NCBI RefSeq assembly: GCF_006345805.1
Contig: NC_042997.1
Span: 125,550,001 to 125,614,000, forward strand
From: Octopus sinensis
Lineage: Eukaryota
Reading direction: 5' to 3'
DNA: 64,000 nucleotides
In this document: positions 12,337-25,442 of the stretch, piece by piece
Numbering within the stretch: the stretch's first letter is position 1
Layout: each line of letters starts with the position of its first letter
The notes under the pieces: model-generated
What the model was told of the DNA's origin: nothing
The model's input: only the letters and a program-made list of their open reading frames with translations
The model's database searches: none
Program-made: the position numbers and the translations under genes

Positions 12337-12756
12337 GAGAAGGCGGCGAGCTGGCAGAAACGTTAGCACGCCGGGCGAAATGCTTAGCGGTATTTTGTAT
12401 GCCGTTACGTTCTGGGTTCAAATTCCGCCGAGGTCGACTTTGCCTTTCATCCTTTCGGGGTTGATTAAATAAGTACCAGTTACGCACTGGGATCGATATA
12501 ATCGACTTAATCCGTTTTTCAGTCCTTGTTTGTCCTCTCTGTGTTTAGCCCCTTGTGGGTAGTAAGGAAATAGGTATTTCGTCTGTCTTTACGTTCTGAG
12601 TTCAGATTCCGCCGAGGTCGACTTTGCCTTTCATCCTTTCGGGGTCGATTAAATAAGTACCAGTTACGCACTGGGGTCGATATAATAGACTTAATTCGTT
12701 TGTCCGTCCTTGTTTGTCCCCATCTGTGTTTAGCCCCTTGTGGGCAATAAAGAAAT
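12337..12756 (+). mobile_element. SINE family B dimer inserted in a SINE-A head, 28-bp TSD
   Basis: TSD 12309-12336 / 12757-12784 (2 mismatches). The second unit restarts at ggtatttcg (12573). Confidence 0.9.
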
Positions 12757-12889
12757 AAGAAGATTGCTACTCAACCATATGGTTCTGGATTCAGTCGCAC
12801 AGCGTGGCACCTTGGACAAGTGTCTTCTACTATAGCCAGTACATTTACCGCCACCCAGTCATATGAAAAATACTCAAGATCACTTTAAG

Positions 12890-13660
12890 AAACACCGTAA
12901 AATGCTAACTAGCAAACTGCCAGAAAAACAATCAAACCAATATATTACGTGGAACCTATAATTTCACGCATTGCTCTGCCTTCTCGCCCTCAAATTTCAG
13001 TTGATATCACCATGACCTTCCCACGCTTCAATAAAGCAAAACACACAGACAGCTTTATATGCACATGACGTCATTAACATTCTAACACCCTTCTCCTGAC
13101 CCGGATGTGGAAATCTCCAGTTCTGCTTAAATTACCTAGAAACCTAACTGCACAATAAATTCAAAGTAGCACCTACTAAATTTATCTCCCTGTTTAGTAA
13201 CAACGCCACAAAGCATCAAATACAACGAGTATTCGCGCTCAACAATATAACCATATCGCGCACAGCAAATGCTAGAAGTTATACACAACTCTTTAACAAC
13301 ACAAAAAATACGAAATAATGAAAACAAAACGACACACAGACAAGAGCAAGCACAAGTAAAACTGTTGACAAACAGAAAGAAACAATAAGATATTTAACAA
13401 ACAATTTATTGGAGCTATAAAGGACGCTGCCAGTCCTGCATGAGGCTATAATGTCTCCAGTACAAACTATAAATTACAAAGAGCGCAAACAGCGTAGTAA
13501 GCATCATAGTAGTTGCACACACCACAACTGCAGATAACTTTTACAACCAAACAAAAATACTAAACTTGAAAGATCGCATGAACATGTAAAGTTCTTAGTT
13601 TGCTGTAGCAAGCTTTAATACAAACAGTCTCTGTCACTACACGATTGACATAAATACTTT
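12890..13660 (+). pseudogene. Decayed LINE reverse transcriptase (Jockey/I/CR1-group)
   Basis: Degenerate ALYAHDV (LYADD-like), K..P.K, and ...LHNQTKILNLKD..M-like segments with many stops and frameshifts. Confidence 0.55.
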
Positions 13661-14283
13661 CTCTATTCTCATGCACGAACAGAAATACGCTCACACACAT
13701 AAACATAAAGAGAGAAGGGGGAAATGGAGGAAGAGTAGGGAAGGAGAGAACGGGGCAAACATTAAAATGTCTGATATCAAATATGTCAGCGTTTAATCAG
13801 CGACGTCTGATGTAGACCAAAACGTCTCATGCTCCCACCATATATTCGAACATATGTTCGAAATGAGCTGGACAGTTTAGAGAGTACAATGTCCAGTCTG
13901 TCACACTCCAGCCCCAAAGGATCCATTTCTGAGTGAATTTGAGAACTGAAAACTGTGTAACGGCTATAGAAGTCTTTCGTATGTACCCGTAATTTAAAAG
14001 GCTTCAGCATTTTCACACGGAGTTAAATTAATTCTAGTTGAGAATTATAAGGATACACGTGTCTGTGGAATACTCAGCCATTTCGTACGGTGATTCATTG
14101 AACAGGTTATCCATTTGATCGAACAACTGGATTTTTATAGGTTGAAATAGATGTGAGAAGTGATCAGGCCGATCTGCGGATCACGAACTGTTGTTCAAGT
14201 CAACTGCTTGCATGCGATGTGGTTGATCAGAAATGATTTTAGGGGTACTCGGCAATAACAGTATGTATACATCCACACACACG

Positions 14284-14358
<75 letters not shown>

Positions 14359-14624
14359 CGCACACACACACACACACGCACACACACACACACACAACAG
14401 CAAATACACTTGGAATCTACCACACTTAGAAATATATGACATACCACTCGCATTCTACGGACATTAAGCCTTCACACTTGCATATACGCACCCACAGACA
14501 CAGGTGTCTGAGTGTGTGCGCGTATGTGTGCGTGTGAGTTTGTGTGTGTGTGTGCGTGCGTGTATGTTAGTATGAATGTATGTATGACATGCTACCTACG
14601 CACATATCAAATGTACTACACATA

Positions 14625-14669
<45 letters not shown>

Positions 14670-14685
14670 ATATATATATATATAT

Positions 14686-15200
14686 ATACTAAGCAATAAA
14701 GGGTTTAGCAACGAATTGCCTTACCACATACCGAATTTAGAAATAGCAGTCAAGAGTTATAGCTATTTCTTCTACTACTAAAAAGGGAGATCTCAGTAAA
14801 AACAGCAATTGGAAGGCAGACACAAACAGGTAAGAGAGAATGAATTGACGGCAATCTATCATACATTTTTATGTTATCTACGGACGTACGTTTCGAAATC
14901 AAGTTTCGAAATCAAGATAACTTAAAAATGTATGATAGATTGCCGTCAATTCATTCTCTCTTACCTGTTTGTGTCTGCCTTCCAATTGCTGTTTTTACTG
15001 AGATCTCCCTTTTTAGTAGAAGAAATAGCTATAACTCTTTGACTGCTATTTCTAAATTCGGTATGTGGTAAGGCAATTCGTTGCTAAACCCTTTATTGCT
15101 TAGTATTACTTAAATTTTCCTCGAATGAGGCTTTTACATGCCGAAGACTACTTGGTGTAATTGATAATTATTCCAAATTAATTAATTTCACCCTTCATTA
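14686..15200. mobile_element. Foldback copy of family H
   Basis: Arms 14686-14879 and 14915-15106 differ by one substitution and two small indels. 15040-15200 aligns by eye with 4795-4950. Confidence 0.85.
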
Positions 15201-15231
15201 TTACGAAATATATATATATATATATATTATT

Positions 15232-15284
<53 letters not shown>

Positions 15285-15343
15285 CATGCTACATACACCC
15301 GAACGTTGACTCTACAACACATACACACTCATATTTACACCAC

Positions 15344-15383
<40 letters not shown>

Positions 15384-16521
15384 CTCAGAGACGAAGTTAA
15401 TTAAACGTCTTCTGGGTGTATGTTTTTCGGGGATTTTTCTTCTTTTTTTTACTTTTTCCTTGTTTTGTTTACCTTTCATGTTTTTTTTTCTGCTGCAAGG
15501 TGTTGTTTTCAGCAGCCATCTTCTCACGAAGGCCGCTTATTAACATCAACTATATAGCCTCAAACCAGTTGCTACCTTCCAATACTCTTGAATCTCATGC
15601 ATTTCATGTTCTCCACATTATTTTCTCTTCTTTATCGAATATAACAAAAAAATATATATAACACAAACACACACGAAGGTTTCGGCTTGATCGATTCTGC
15701 AAAAAGAAAAGGACATGGAAGTAATAACAATACTACTACTAATAATAATAATAATAGTAGTAGTAGTAGTAGTAGTAGATTTTCGTTTTTTTACTTGCCA
15801 CAGGGGTATCAGTTGAGAGGGAGAGCGAGATTACAAGGACAGTTTACACTCTGTGATGGGGTTTACATAAAAAGGAGAAAGGAAGAAAGTGAGGGGGACA
15901 GGCAAATGAGATAAAATGCAATAATATCCTAAAGGTTCTTTTTATCTCAAAGACTTAATTTCTTGGGTAGCGTGATGCTAAAAACTCTGATATACCCTGG
16001 ATCACTCGACCTGACATTGAACCAAAACGTTTCCCTGATTTTACTGCGTAAAAATCCCAGTAAAGTTTCTTCAATGAACGCTATTTCCAATAATGGTCAA
16101 CTCCAGTAAGGAACAGCTTCTGAAAGAGATAAACAGAGAACGCACATCTATTGATTGTTTGATCGTAGAGTTGATATGCTGGCCGTATGGTAATCGAATT
16201 GATCTGTGAATTTCAGTTTTTGGATAGAATCAAGAATGAAAAAAAACAAAATTGAAGAAATGAAGAAAGTGAAACAGAAGAAGTAAAAAAACAAGGATGA
16301 TACAGCAGTAAGGAGATATTGAAATATATCATAAAACATTTCGTCCCTAAATCTACTGCGGCGTCATATTACGACCCAATATCCTCTGTCGAGTGTTATA
16401 AAATAACATATCAACCATATGAATCTAATCTCTCAACACCGAGCTCTTTATTACTGTTATATTACATGCAGAGTAATGGAGTAGCGATTCTACATTAAAC
16501 TGAAAAATCTTTAGCGTTATG

Positions 16522-16577
<56 letters not shown>

Positions 16578-16766
16578 AAGGGGTATATATAAAAAAAATG
16601 TATCTTACCGCAGTCTTTTTTACTTCAACAGGTGTTGTATTGATTATCTTGATAAGAAAAATAAAATACACGTTGACACTTAGAAAAAAGCTTTGAGCAA
16701 ACACACATACACACAAACATACACACACACACACACAAACACATACATGTATAAATCCATATATCC

Positions 16767-16885
<119 letters not shown>

Positions 16886-17022
16886 TATACATGTATAAAT
16901 GCTCTAATATCTATACAGCCTTGGTTTTTTATCTTATTACGCAAAAATTCTTAATATACATATATATACATATGTATTTATGTGTGTATATACACACTCT
17001 CATATGTATATGTATATGTGTA

Positions 17023-17055
<33 letters not shown>

Positions 17056-17749
17056 CATACATAGTTTATTAGAATCCTAGTTATGTGCTTTCTCTGACTT
17101 TCTATTCCATTATATATTAGTTGATTTATTTTCTAGATATTCTCTGATTAAATATCTTCGTCACTATATGTTATGTTCCGAGGTCAAATAATGTCGGGGG
17201 CAACTTTTGCTATTTCGTTCCTCGAGGGATCGATAAAAGAAGAACAAACCATGTATTGTAAGTCGATTCAATTTACTACACATGTCCCCTATACACGCGT
17301 AACCTCGTGCCAAAGTAAGAAATTATTTACGTTCCAAATATTAAACTAATATTCGATGGATTTTACTCCAGATTTGATTTATCAAATTTCGGTTAAGTTT
17401 ATCACATCATGCAGATAATTTTAATTCACTAGATTTTTAGCTGGAAGTGACAAACGTATTTCGTTCAACTAAAAGAATTAATAAACAAAATCTCAGATAT
17501 TCTTCATTGAATTTTTTATTGAATTTTTTGAAATAAATATTATTGAAGTGACAAATTGAAAACCTTTTAATAAAATGATGACTATTCAGCATCTCTCTGT
17601 CATTATCGACAACCGTAGTTGGCCGACTGGGTAGTGTGGAATTCTAACGTGGAGGATCATCAACGATCCACTTCACTTCAGACATCCCAGTTCACTAAGC
17701 TGTCGTACTATGGACTATGGTCATTGTAGTGTAATATTCAAAACATCTC

Positions 17750-17983
17750 TTGTGTATAATTTGTTTCATATAGGAAATTTTTACATGTAACTACTCCAGT
17801 CCAAAGGTTAACCGACCTTACATGTATTTCCAACATAGTAGTCGCGAAAAAAGAAGACTCGAAGTTGTGTATAATTTGTTTCATATAGGAAATTTTTACA
17901 TGTAACTACTCCAGTCCAAAGGTTAACCGACCTTACATGTATTTCCAACATAGTAGTCGCGAAAAAAGAAGACTCGAAGTTGT
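17750..17983. repeat. Exact 115-bp tandem duplication
   Basis: 17751-17865 is identical to 17866-17980. Confidence 0.95.
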
Positions 17984-18094
17984 TTTATGTTCGCCATTTA
18001 CGCCTTTGAGAAATGCATGAAAGACACATCTTCCCAAAAGAACTTTGACCTGGTAAACTAAATAAAAAAACTAGTAATATTTCAAACTAGCAAT

Positions 18095-18270
18095 GGAGTG
18101 TGTACGTGGTCGTTTGCCTTGCTAAAAATAGCTGCCAAATATCTTTTTATATCACGTTCTACCGTTTAAAAAGAAAGGATACATTGGCTGATGTAGTCCG
18201 AAATACACTAATAGGAAAAAACAGGATGGTTATGGCTGGAATACCTTTGCGGCACCAAAGTTAACAAGGC
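18095..18270 (+). mobile_element. Old dispersed repeat family D, probably SINE-like (similar at ~20950-21065 and 40745-40945)
   Basis: Shared gct.gaaatagc.g.caaat...gtcc.agataca...gatgg...ggc.g.aat.cctttg pattern. Confidence 0.5.
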
Positions 18271-18287
18271 ATTATTACTAGAAACAG

Positions 18288-18495
18288 TAAGGCGACAAGC
18301 TGGCAGAATCGTTAGCACGCTGGACGAAATGCTTAGCAGTATTTCGTCTGTCTTCACGTTCTGAGTTCAAATTCCTCCGAGGTCTACTCTACCTTTCATC
18401 CTTTCAAAGTCGATAAATTTAGTACCAGTTGCATACTGGGGTCGATGCAATCGGCTTAATCACTTTCCCTAAATTTGAGGCCTTGTAGAAAAGTT
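18288..18495 (+). mobile_element. SINE family B monomer (tail Y)
   Basis: B consensus; imperfect 15-bp TSD ttattactagaaaca / ttattagtaaaaaca. Confidence 0.85.
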
Positions 18496-18764
18496 TATTA
18501 GTAAAAACACCACTAGTAACAGAACTTACGACTTACCCATCGTCATAATATATCTTACGTAAGTAAACTAATTTAAGAAATGAGATCTTGTGATCCTTAT
18601 GCCTTTTCTTAAGAATATCGGTGTCTAAAGTAAAAGATTTGATAGTTTCTAGCTAAGAATTAATTGAAACTGAATCCATATTCATTTCGTTAGAAACCTT
18701 TACATGTAACCACCCCAATCAAAGGTTTCCTTTTCAGGAACACATCTCTCATTACCGTCACTTT

Positions 18765-19060
18765 TATTTGTCGTCTTTTACATGTTTCACTTATTGGACC
18801 GCGATCATCCTAGGGCATCGCCTAGAAGGATCTTCTCGAACAGACCGTATTGTACTTTTTTGAACCTTGGTATTTACTCTATCATTGTCTTTAGGTGAAC
18901 CGCTAGGTTATAGGAATAAAAAGAAACCAACATCTGTTGCTAATGAGTAGAGGGGACAAACACAAATACATGTGCACATACATATACATATGTGTATACA
19001 TATGTGTGTGTGTGTGTGTGTGGGACTGAACCCGAAACCACGTGGTTGTTAACCATACAG
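18765..19060 (-). mobile_element. SINE family A, degraded
   Basis: gggactgaacccgaaaccacgtggttg head remnant, ggggacaaacac middle, and tail remnant. Confidence 0.65.
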
Positions 19061-19284
19061 GCATGGTAATGTATAAAGATATATTGTGCAACATTTATTG
19101 GGTTGGTGCATAATTATTGCAGCTTTTTTTCGACAAATTTTATTGAGAAAAAAACAATAACAATATTTAAGAAAAACATCTTTAAATGACAGTCTGACCC
19201 TCTGCCAAACAAATGGGAAGTAGTAATTGAAGTAGATGGTGAATATGCTCCATAATAATCATTTAAAGATGTTTTTTTGTTAAA

Positions 19285-19519
19285 TGAAGGCAGCGAGCTG
19301 GCAGAAACGTTAGCACGCCGGGCGAAATGCGTAGCCGTATTTCGTCTGCCGTTACGTTCTGAGTTCAAATTCCGCTGAGGTCGACTTTGCCTTTCATCCT
19401 TCCGAGGGTCGATAAATTAAGAATCAATTACGCACTGGGGTCGATGTAATCGGCTTAATCCGTTTGTCTGTCCTTGTTTGTCCCCTCTATGTTTAACCCC
19501 TTGTGGGTAATAAAGAAAC
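19285..19519 (+). mobile_element. SINE family B monomer (tail X) with TSD
   Basis: Flanked by agatgtttttttgttaaa / agatgtttttgttaaa. Confidence 0.9.
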
Positions 19520-21102
19520 AGATGTTTTTGTTAAACGTTGTTATTGTTTTATTGAATAAAATTTGTTGAAAAAAAGCCGCCATAATTATGCTACAACCTA
19601 AGTTAAGATAAAACAAAATTTCAGATAGTTTTTATTTATTTCATCATATATAAAAAAAAATTTATATATATTTACATCATGGAACATTATTATTTGCTTT
19701 TCAAGTTTTATAGATATTTTAAAATTCTTCAGAACTTTTTAGGAACAACTTGTTATTCCCCTAGATAGAGTATGTCTTCTAATTTTATATATTTTCGTTT
19801 AATATACATTGTGTATTGTGTGTTGGCAAACTGTTCGACAATTAGTCACATGGCTTGGATTTCACTGTGTGTTAGTCTGTAAAGCATAGGTTTAGAGAAG
19901 CTAACTGATCAAATAAGGATTAATGTAGCTTCTCACTATGCGCGGTTTATATAGCTGAGTGATGTTAATATTAACAGATGGCAAACAAAATCGCTAGAGC
20001 AAAGATAATACTTAGTGAAAGTGTTCACAGCTGCCCAAGGCTCATTTACAGGAACGAAACGCTCCATTCTCTACTGCTTATTTCCTCTCAAGAGCTCCTA
20101 CGAAATTGTTGGTGAATCAATTTATCAGAAATACGGGTGCGAGTGAATATTTGGACATGTGTTATGAAATGAGAAAAATAACCCATTAAGTGATCTCGTA
20201 GTGAAATCATTTCGTTGTTTGGTTTCGTTTTGTTATTTTTCATTCTATACGCATATTAATAGAGGTGTAGTTATTTTTGCATATAGAAAATCAATTAACA
20301 TGTGTAAACAGCAAAGTGAAAGAAATGCGGGATGTCTCTCAGCTAACATTTACAGAGTTTGATAACATTAGAAAACTCTATAAAGCATGTATGAATAAAT
20401 ATATGTTGGCGCAATGAAAGATTAAAATATTAAGTTGATGTCACTAAAACATACCTCTGTTACACAAATGCTAGATTTCGCCGTGATAAATGTTATCTAC
20501 TCCAACGACAAGATTACGTCAATGACGCCATGCTGCACTTCTTTTTACTTCTTACTCTATACTGAAAACGAACAGTTTCTATAAACAGAAATCTCATCTT
20601 TCCAAACAATTATGAAGACATGACACACCTACTGCCATCACCAGCACTAACTCACATCCATTCTATATCTAAAATAAGCAAATCACATTTACTACATATG
20701 CTTATGTAAAATCTACGTGTAATCTACAAGCCAATGATGGGGAAGGCCACCACCTGATACAAATAGTTGATCAGATATTTCTAGCACTTATTTACAGCTT
20801 TGAGAACTGGGATATATAAAAGTTAAGTGCCTCTCTGAAGATCTTTCTGTTTGCAACCCTACACACTTACCATACAGCCAGTTACGGCAGTCAGTAAGCG
20901 CTAAAAAAATTCTTGAAAAATTTATCATCTTCTAAAATGTTAAGAATAATAGTAAATGCTAGAAATATCATGAAAATTTCATTCACATCATACCTTACTG
21001 TATTAAGATGTTTAGAATACACTGAATAGTCCTAGATACATGGTGTGTAAAAGGAAGACGGGATAACGACACTTAATCATTGAGATGTGAAGACAAACAC
21101 TT

Positions 21103-21998
21103 TTCTACTCTAGGTACAAGGCCTGAAATTTGGGGGTAGTAGGCTAGTCGATTTTATCGGCCCCAGTACGCAACTGGTACTTATTTTATCGACCCCGTAA
21201 GGATGAAAGGCAAAGTCGACCTCGGCGGAATTTGAACTCAGAACATAAAGACAGACGAAATACCTATTTCCTTACTACCCACAAGAGGCTAAAAATAGAG
21301 TGGACACACAAGGACAGACAAAGAGAGTAAGTCGATTACATCGACCCCAGTGCGTAACTGCTACTTAATCTATCGACCCCGAAAGGATGAAAGGCAAAGT
21401 CGACCTCGGCGGAATTTGAACTCAGAACGTAGCGGCAGACTAAATACCGCTTAGCATTTCGCCCGGCGTGCTACCGTTTCTGCTAGCTCGCCGTCTAGTT
21501 TCTGTCGAAACCTATACACACTGCCTATCTGTTTAAACAACATCTATACAGTGTGTCTGTCTTAGATATCCTTCTAACTTTATGTATAAACTGCACCAAA
21601 TTACTACCCACAAGGGGCTAAACACAGAGAGGACAAACAAGGACAGAACAACGGATTAAGTCGATTATATCGACTCCAGTGCGTAACTGATACTTATTTA
21701 ATCGACTACGAAAGGATGAAAGGCAAAGTCGACCTCGGCGGAATTTGAACTCAGAACGTAGCGGCAGACGAAATACCGTTAAGCATTTCGCCCGGCGTGC
21801 TAACGTTTCTGCCAGCTCACCACCATATTTTTTTGTGGCGAAAGAGTCAGCAGAAGTTCACCATTACCTTCTGCCGGAACCGCGTGGGACTTAGGTGTTT
21901 CGCTCATAAACCCACACATCGCCCGGTCTAAGATTCGAACTCGCGATCCCTCGACCGCGAGTCCGCTGCTCTAACCACTAGGCCATGTGCCTCCACTA
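21103..21998 (-). mobile_element. Composite SINE C + SINE B + ~100-bp spacer + SINE B dimer within one 13-bp direct repeat
   Basis: aagacaaacactt occurs at 21090-21102 and 21999-22011. Confidence 0.8.
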
Positions 21999-22129
21999 AA
22001 GACAAACACTTACTGAACAGACTCTACATGCTCATCTTCGGCTCTAAACTGCAATTATTCTTTTAGAAACGTTTCACATTAGAATACTGATAACAATGGC
22101 GAAAAGTTTCTTCCATTGGCATCTTCTAT

Positions 22130-22440
22130 TGGCATTCAAGAGAAACGAAAATCCTTGATATGCAAATTATCACAGAGTATTATTCCCCTTACTCTGACCT
22201 TTTATTCAACTGATTCAGTCTCTGTCTGTTTTATAGCTATTACAATGTTCTCAGATTCTAACGTACCTTGTTCTATTGTAAATGCTCTCAGTACACTGAT
22301 CTCTTCTCAGCTTGTCCGTTTGTATTTCAGTCCATCACACAGTCAAACCGGAACTTCATTCTATTAGAACTTCCTTCCAGTCAGTGTTTCCATACACTTT
22401 CATACTCGGTTTTTGTACTCTTTCAATAATTAATCCGTAA
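22130..22440 (-). pseudogene. Possible decayed CR1/L2-type LINE C-terminal fragment
   Basis: IIERVQK followed by a degenerate LKY...FTIEQ..L region; heavily mutated. Confidence 0.3.
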
Positions 22441-22972
22441 ATAAATTGTTAAATAAAAGAATGCAGAACAGAAACCATAGCGATGCGGAATAATAATAGT
22501 TACAGATTATAAAATTTAAAATATTGACATAAATAATCTACTTCGAAAATATTCCAAGAAAAACTTTGAAATGTAATTTTAATTTCACAAACAACATTAT
22601 GAAAGATATCGCATGGAAGCTCTGGGCTAGCTGAAACCATACAATTGTAGTATTAATGAAACTGATCAAATTTAAATTATAAAAAAAGAAGTCTTATTCA
22701 ACATATTAGCGGCTATATTGCAATGTGTCTATCAAATTTGAAATCCTCTGTTCTTAATTTGATTATATACTTTTTCTTCCAGAAAGATTAGAGGCAAGGT
22801 CGAAAGAACATCAAGAGAACAAACAGAATTTTAAAAAATAAGAAGTATAAATGATGAAAGGCTATAACAGGAATTAAGCTAAGGTTACAGAGGGAACACA
22901 TAATCAATTAGTTTCTAACTGAACATCTTCAAAAGTTCTGGAGACGTTTAATAGTGTATACATATGTATGTA

Positions 22973-23911
22973 TTGGGTTGTCCGGAAAGTTCGTGCCGAT
23001 TTTTAAAGGAAAGAAAAAGGTCAATAAATACTTGCCATTACATTTTTAATCAACTAAATATGAAACATTTTGTTGCGCAATGCGTCTCCATCTTTCCTTT
23101 AATTTGAAAATACCCTCTTCCCAGAATTGAGGTGGTTTCGTGGCAAAGAATTCATCAAGGTATCTTTTTATGTCATCCAAGGAATTGAAATTTTTACCAA
23201 TAAGACTATTCTGCAGAGACCTGAATAAGTGGAAATCCGAAGGACCAATATTTGGTGAATATGGAGGGTGGGGTAACACATCCCAGCAATTTTTGTCTGG
23301 TTTCTAAAGAAACGTGCCGTCTTGCATTATCATATTGGAAAACAACACCCTTCTGATCGTTTCTCTTGAATTGCTGCTTTTAACTCGTCCAGTTGTGTGC
23401 AGTATTTCTCAGAGTTAATTGTCTGGTTACTTGGGAGAACCTCATAGTACAGGATTCCTTTCCAATCCCACCAGACACAAAGCAAGACTTTTTTAGGGTG
23501 AAGACCCACTTTTGGGATGGCTAAGGGTGGCTCATGTCGCTTACCCCAGGATTGCTTTCTCTGAACATTTCGGTAGATAATCCTTTTCTCAGCACCAGTC
23601 ACAATTTGCTTTAAAAAAGGCGTTTTCATTCCGTTTATAAAGTGAATCACAGATGGAAATGCGATCCAAAAGGTTCTTCTCACTCAACTCGTACCCAAAC
23701 ATCGTAGCGATTTGTGTACCCAAGCTTTACCACGGATTTTGATAGGTTGAGGCTTTCTGCCACTTCTCGGGTTGTGCAATGTGGGTTATTCTCAATTAAT
23801 GACTTGATTTGGTCATCATCTGTAGTGGATGGTCTGCATGATCGCTTTTCATCAGTAAAGCTACAATCTCCAGCTCGGAACCTTGCGAACCACTTCTGTA
23901 CAGTTCTTTCG
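22973..23911 (-). mobile_element. mariner, 5'-truncated and frameshifted, right TIR intact
   Basis: TA + ttgggttgtccggaaagttcgtgccgatt. ERTVQKWFARFR, IVTGAEK, VWWDWKG and PHPPYSPNIGPSDFHLF motifs. Confidence 0.95.
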
Positions 23912-23913
23912 GA

Positions 23914-24026
23914 GTAACACTGCGATGGACTGGCGTCCCATCCAACTGGGGGGAACACATACGCCACAGGAACCGGGAAACCGGGCCAATGAGCCTGGCT
24001 AGGCTTGAAAAGGGCGCATAAATAAA
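23914..24026 (+). mobile_element. 3' fragment of a fourth SINE type
   Basis: gtaacactgcgatggactggcgtcccatcca resembles a conserved central domain of V-SINE-like elements (from memory); A-rich tail. Confidence 0.45.
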
Positions 24027-24209
24027 AACAAATAATAATTTCAAAGGAACAGAGACTGTGGGAGCAGTGATGCACAAAGCAAAGCGAGGACACGATTTGG
24101 TATTAGTCTAGTTGTTGTGGTAAACACTTTCTTATTGTGCAACTCACTTTCATTTGTAGGTTGTCTGCATTGTGTAGAGTTTCTGTGTCAGTCGAACGTT
24201 CAGTTTTAC

Positions 24210-24470
24210 AGAACAGAAATTAATTAGAACCTTTAATAAAACATTAATAGTGTCAGGTTGATAGGAGTCAACCAAGAGGAAATGACATCGATTCTGATAG
24301 ATTTGTAACCATTGAATAAGAATTAGTTGTTCGTAGATAAATAATTCAACTAAGTTCGGAAATAGCAGAAGGCAATTTAGAAGGAATAGAGAAACCTGCA
24401 AAGACTGTATAAATGCTCTGTTGTTCTTAATAAATCTATAGAGCATAGATATCATATATTTATTACTTAA
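24210..24470 (-). pseudogene. Decayed Penelope-like RT fragment
   Basis: Degenerate ...ISELVE...NN.F.FNG..YQ...IPLG region (RT motif B). Confidence 0.45.
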
Positions 24471-24589
24471 TCTGCTTTAGTCTGTTCTGATAAGGTCTTG
24501 ACTGGCCTTCGGGATTTCATTAAAACTGTTTCCTTTACAAACACATAACAGAACTTGTTCTCATACTCTCTGTCTTTCCTCCCTTTTTC

Positions 24590-24625
<36 letters not shown>

Positions 24626-24644
24626 ATATATATATATTTTTTTT

Positions 24645-24870
24645 CTTTTGTTTTCTTATACATGTTTCATTCATTTAACTGTGGCCATGCTGGAGCACCT
24701 TCTTTAAGTCGAACAAATCCACCCCAGTACTTATTTTTCTAAGCCTAGTACTTATTCTATCGGTCTCTATTGCCGAACCGCTAACTGACGGGGACGTAAA
24801 CACACCAGCATCGGTTGTCAAGCGATGTTGTGGGGACAAACACAGACACACAAACATATACACTCACACA
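24645..24870 (-). mobile_element. SINE family A, 3' half
   Basis: Reverse complement of the A tail up to the central microsatellite; no head beyond the (TA)n. Confidence 0.85.
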
Positions 24871-24878
24871 CACATATA

Positions 24879-24924
<46 letters not shown>

Positions 24925-25031
24925 TATATATATATAATATATATATATATATATACATATATATATGTGTGTATATATATAATATATGTATATATATATA
25001 CATTTATATGTATATATATATATATATACAT

Positions 25032-25106
<75 letters not shown>

Positions 25107-25381
25107 CATTTATATATATATATATATGTATGTATATATATATATATATATTTATACAGTTGCCCCTTGATTTATACGCTTTCATGAATTTGGTTTTAAT
25201 CTTATATTTCCAAACAAAATTCTTCGTTGATATATACGAAAACAATTCCCTTATTGGCAAGTCTTGATATATGATAAATAGTGCCATTATAATAGGCTTC
25301 ATTTTCTAACTTTCATTATTTTCATTAGCTTTCATTACCCCTCTTTGATTGTGGGTCCTCCTTATAACCACAGTACCCATA

Positions 25382-25442
<61 letters not shown>

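Noticed and set aside
15119-15152. CTCGAATGA-GGC..GCC-GAAG motif resembling a hammerhead
   Set aside because: Both core boxes are altered, there is no stem III or I, and the homologous position at ~4880-4910 does not retain it.
15416-15661. Possible plus-strand acceptor after a long pyrimidine tract (~15510)
   Set aside because: No convincing donor or recognisable peptide.
16148-16339. Possible terminal exon on the minus strand (ttcacag|ATCAATTCG..., DQFDYHTASISTLRSNNQ*)
   Set aside because: A pyrimidine tract and AG are present, but there is no recognisable homology or partner exon.
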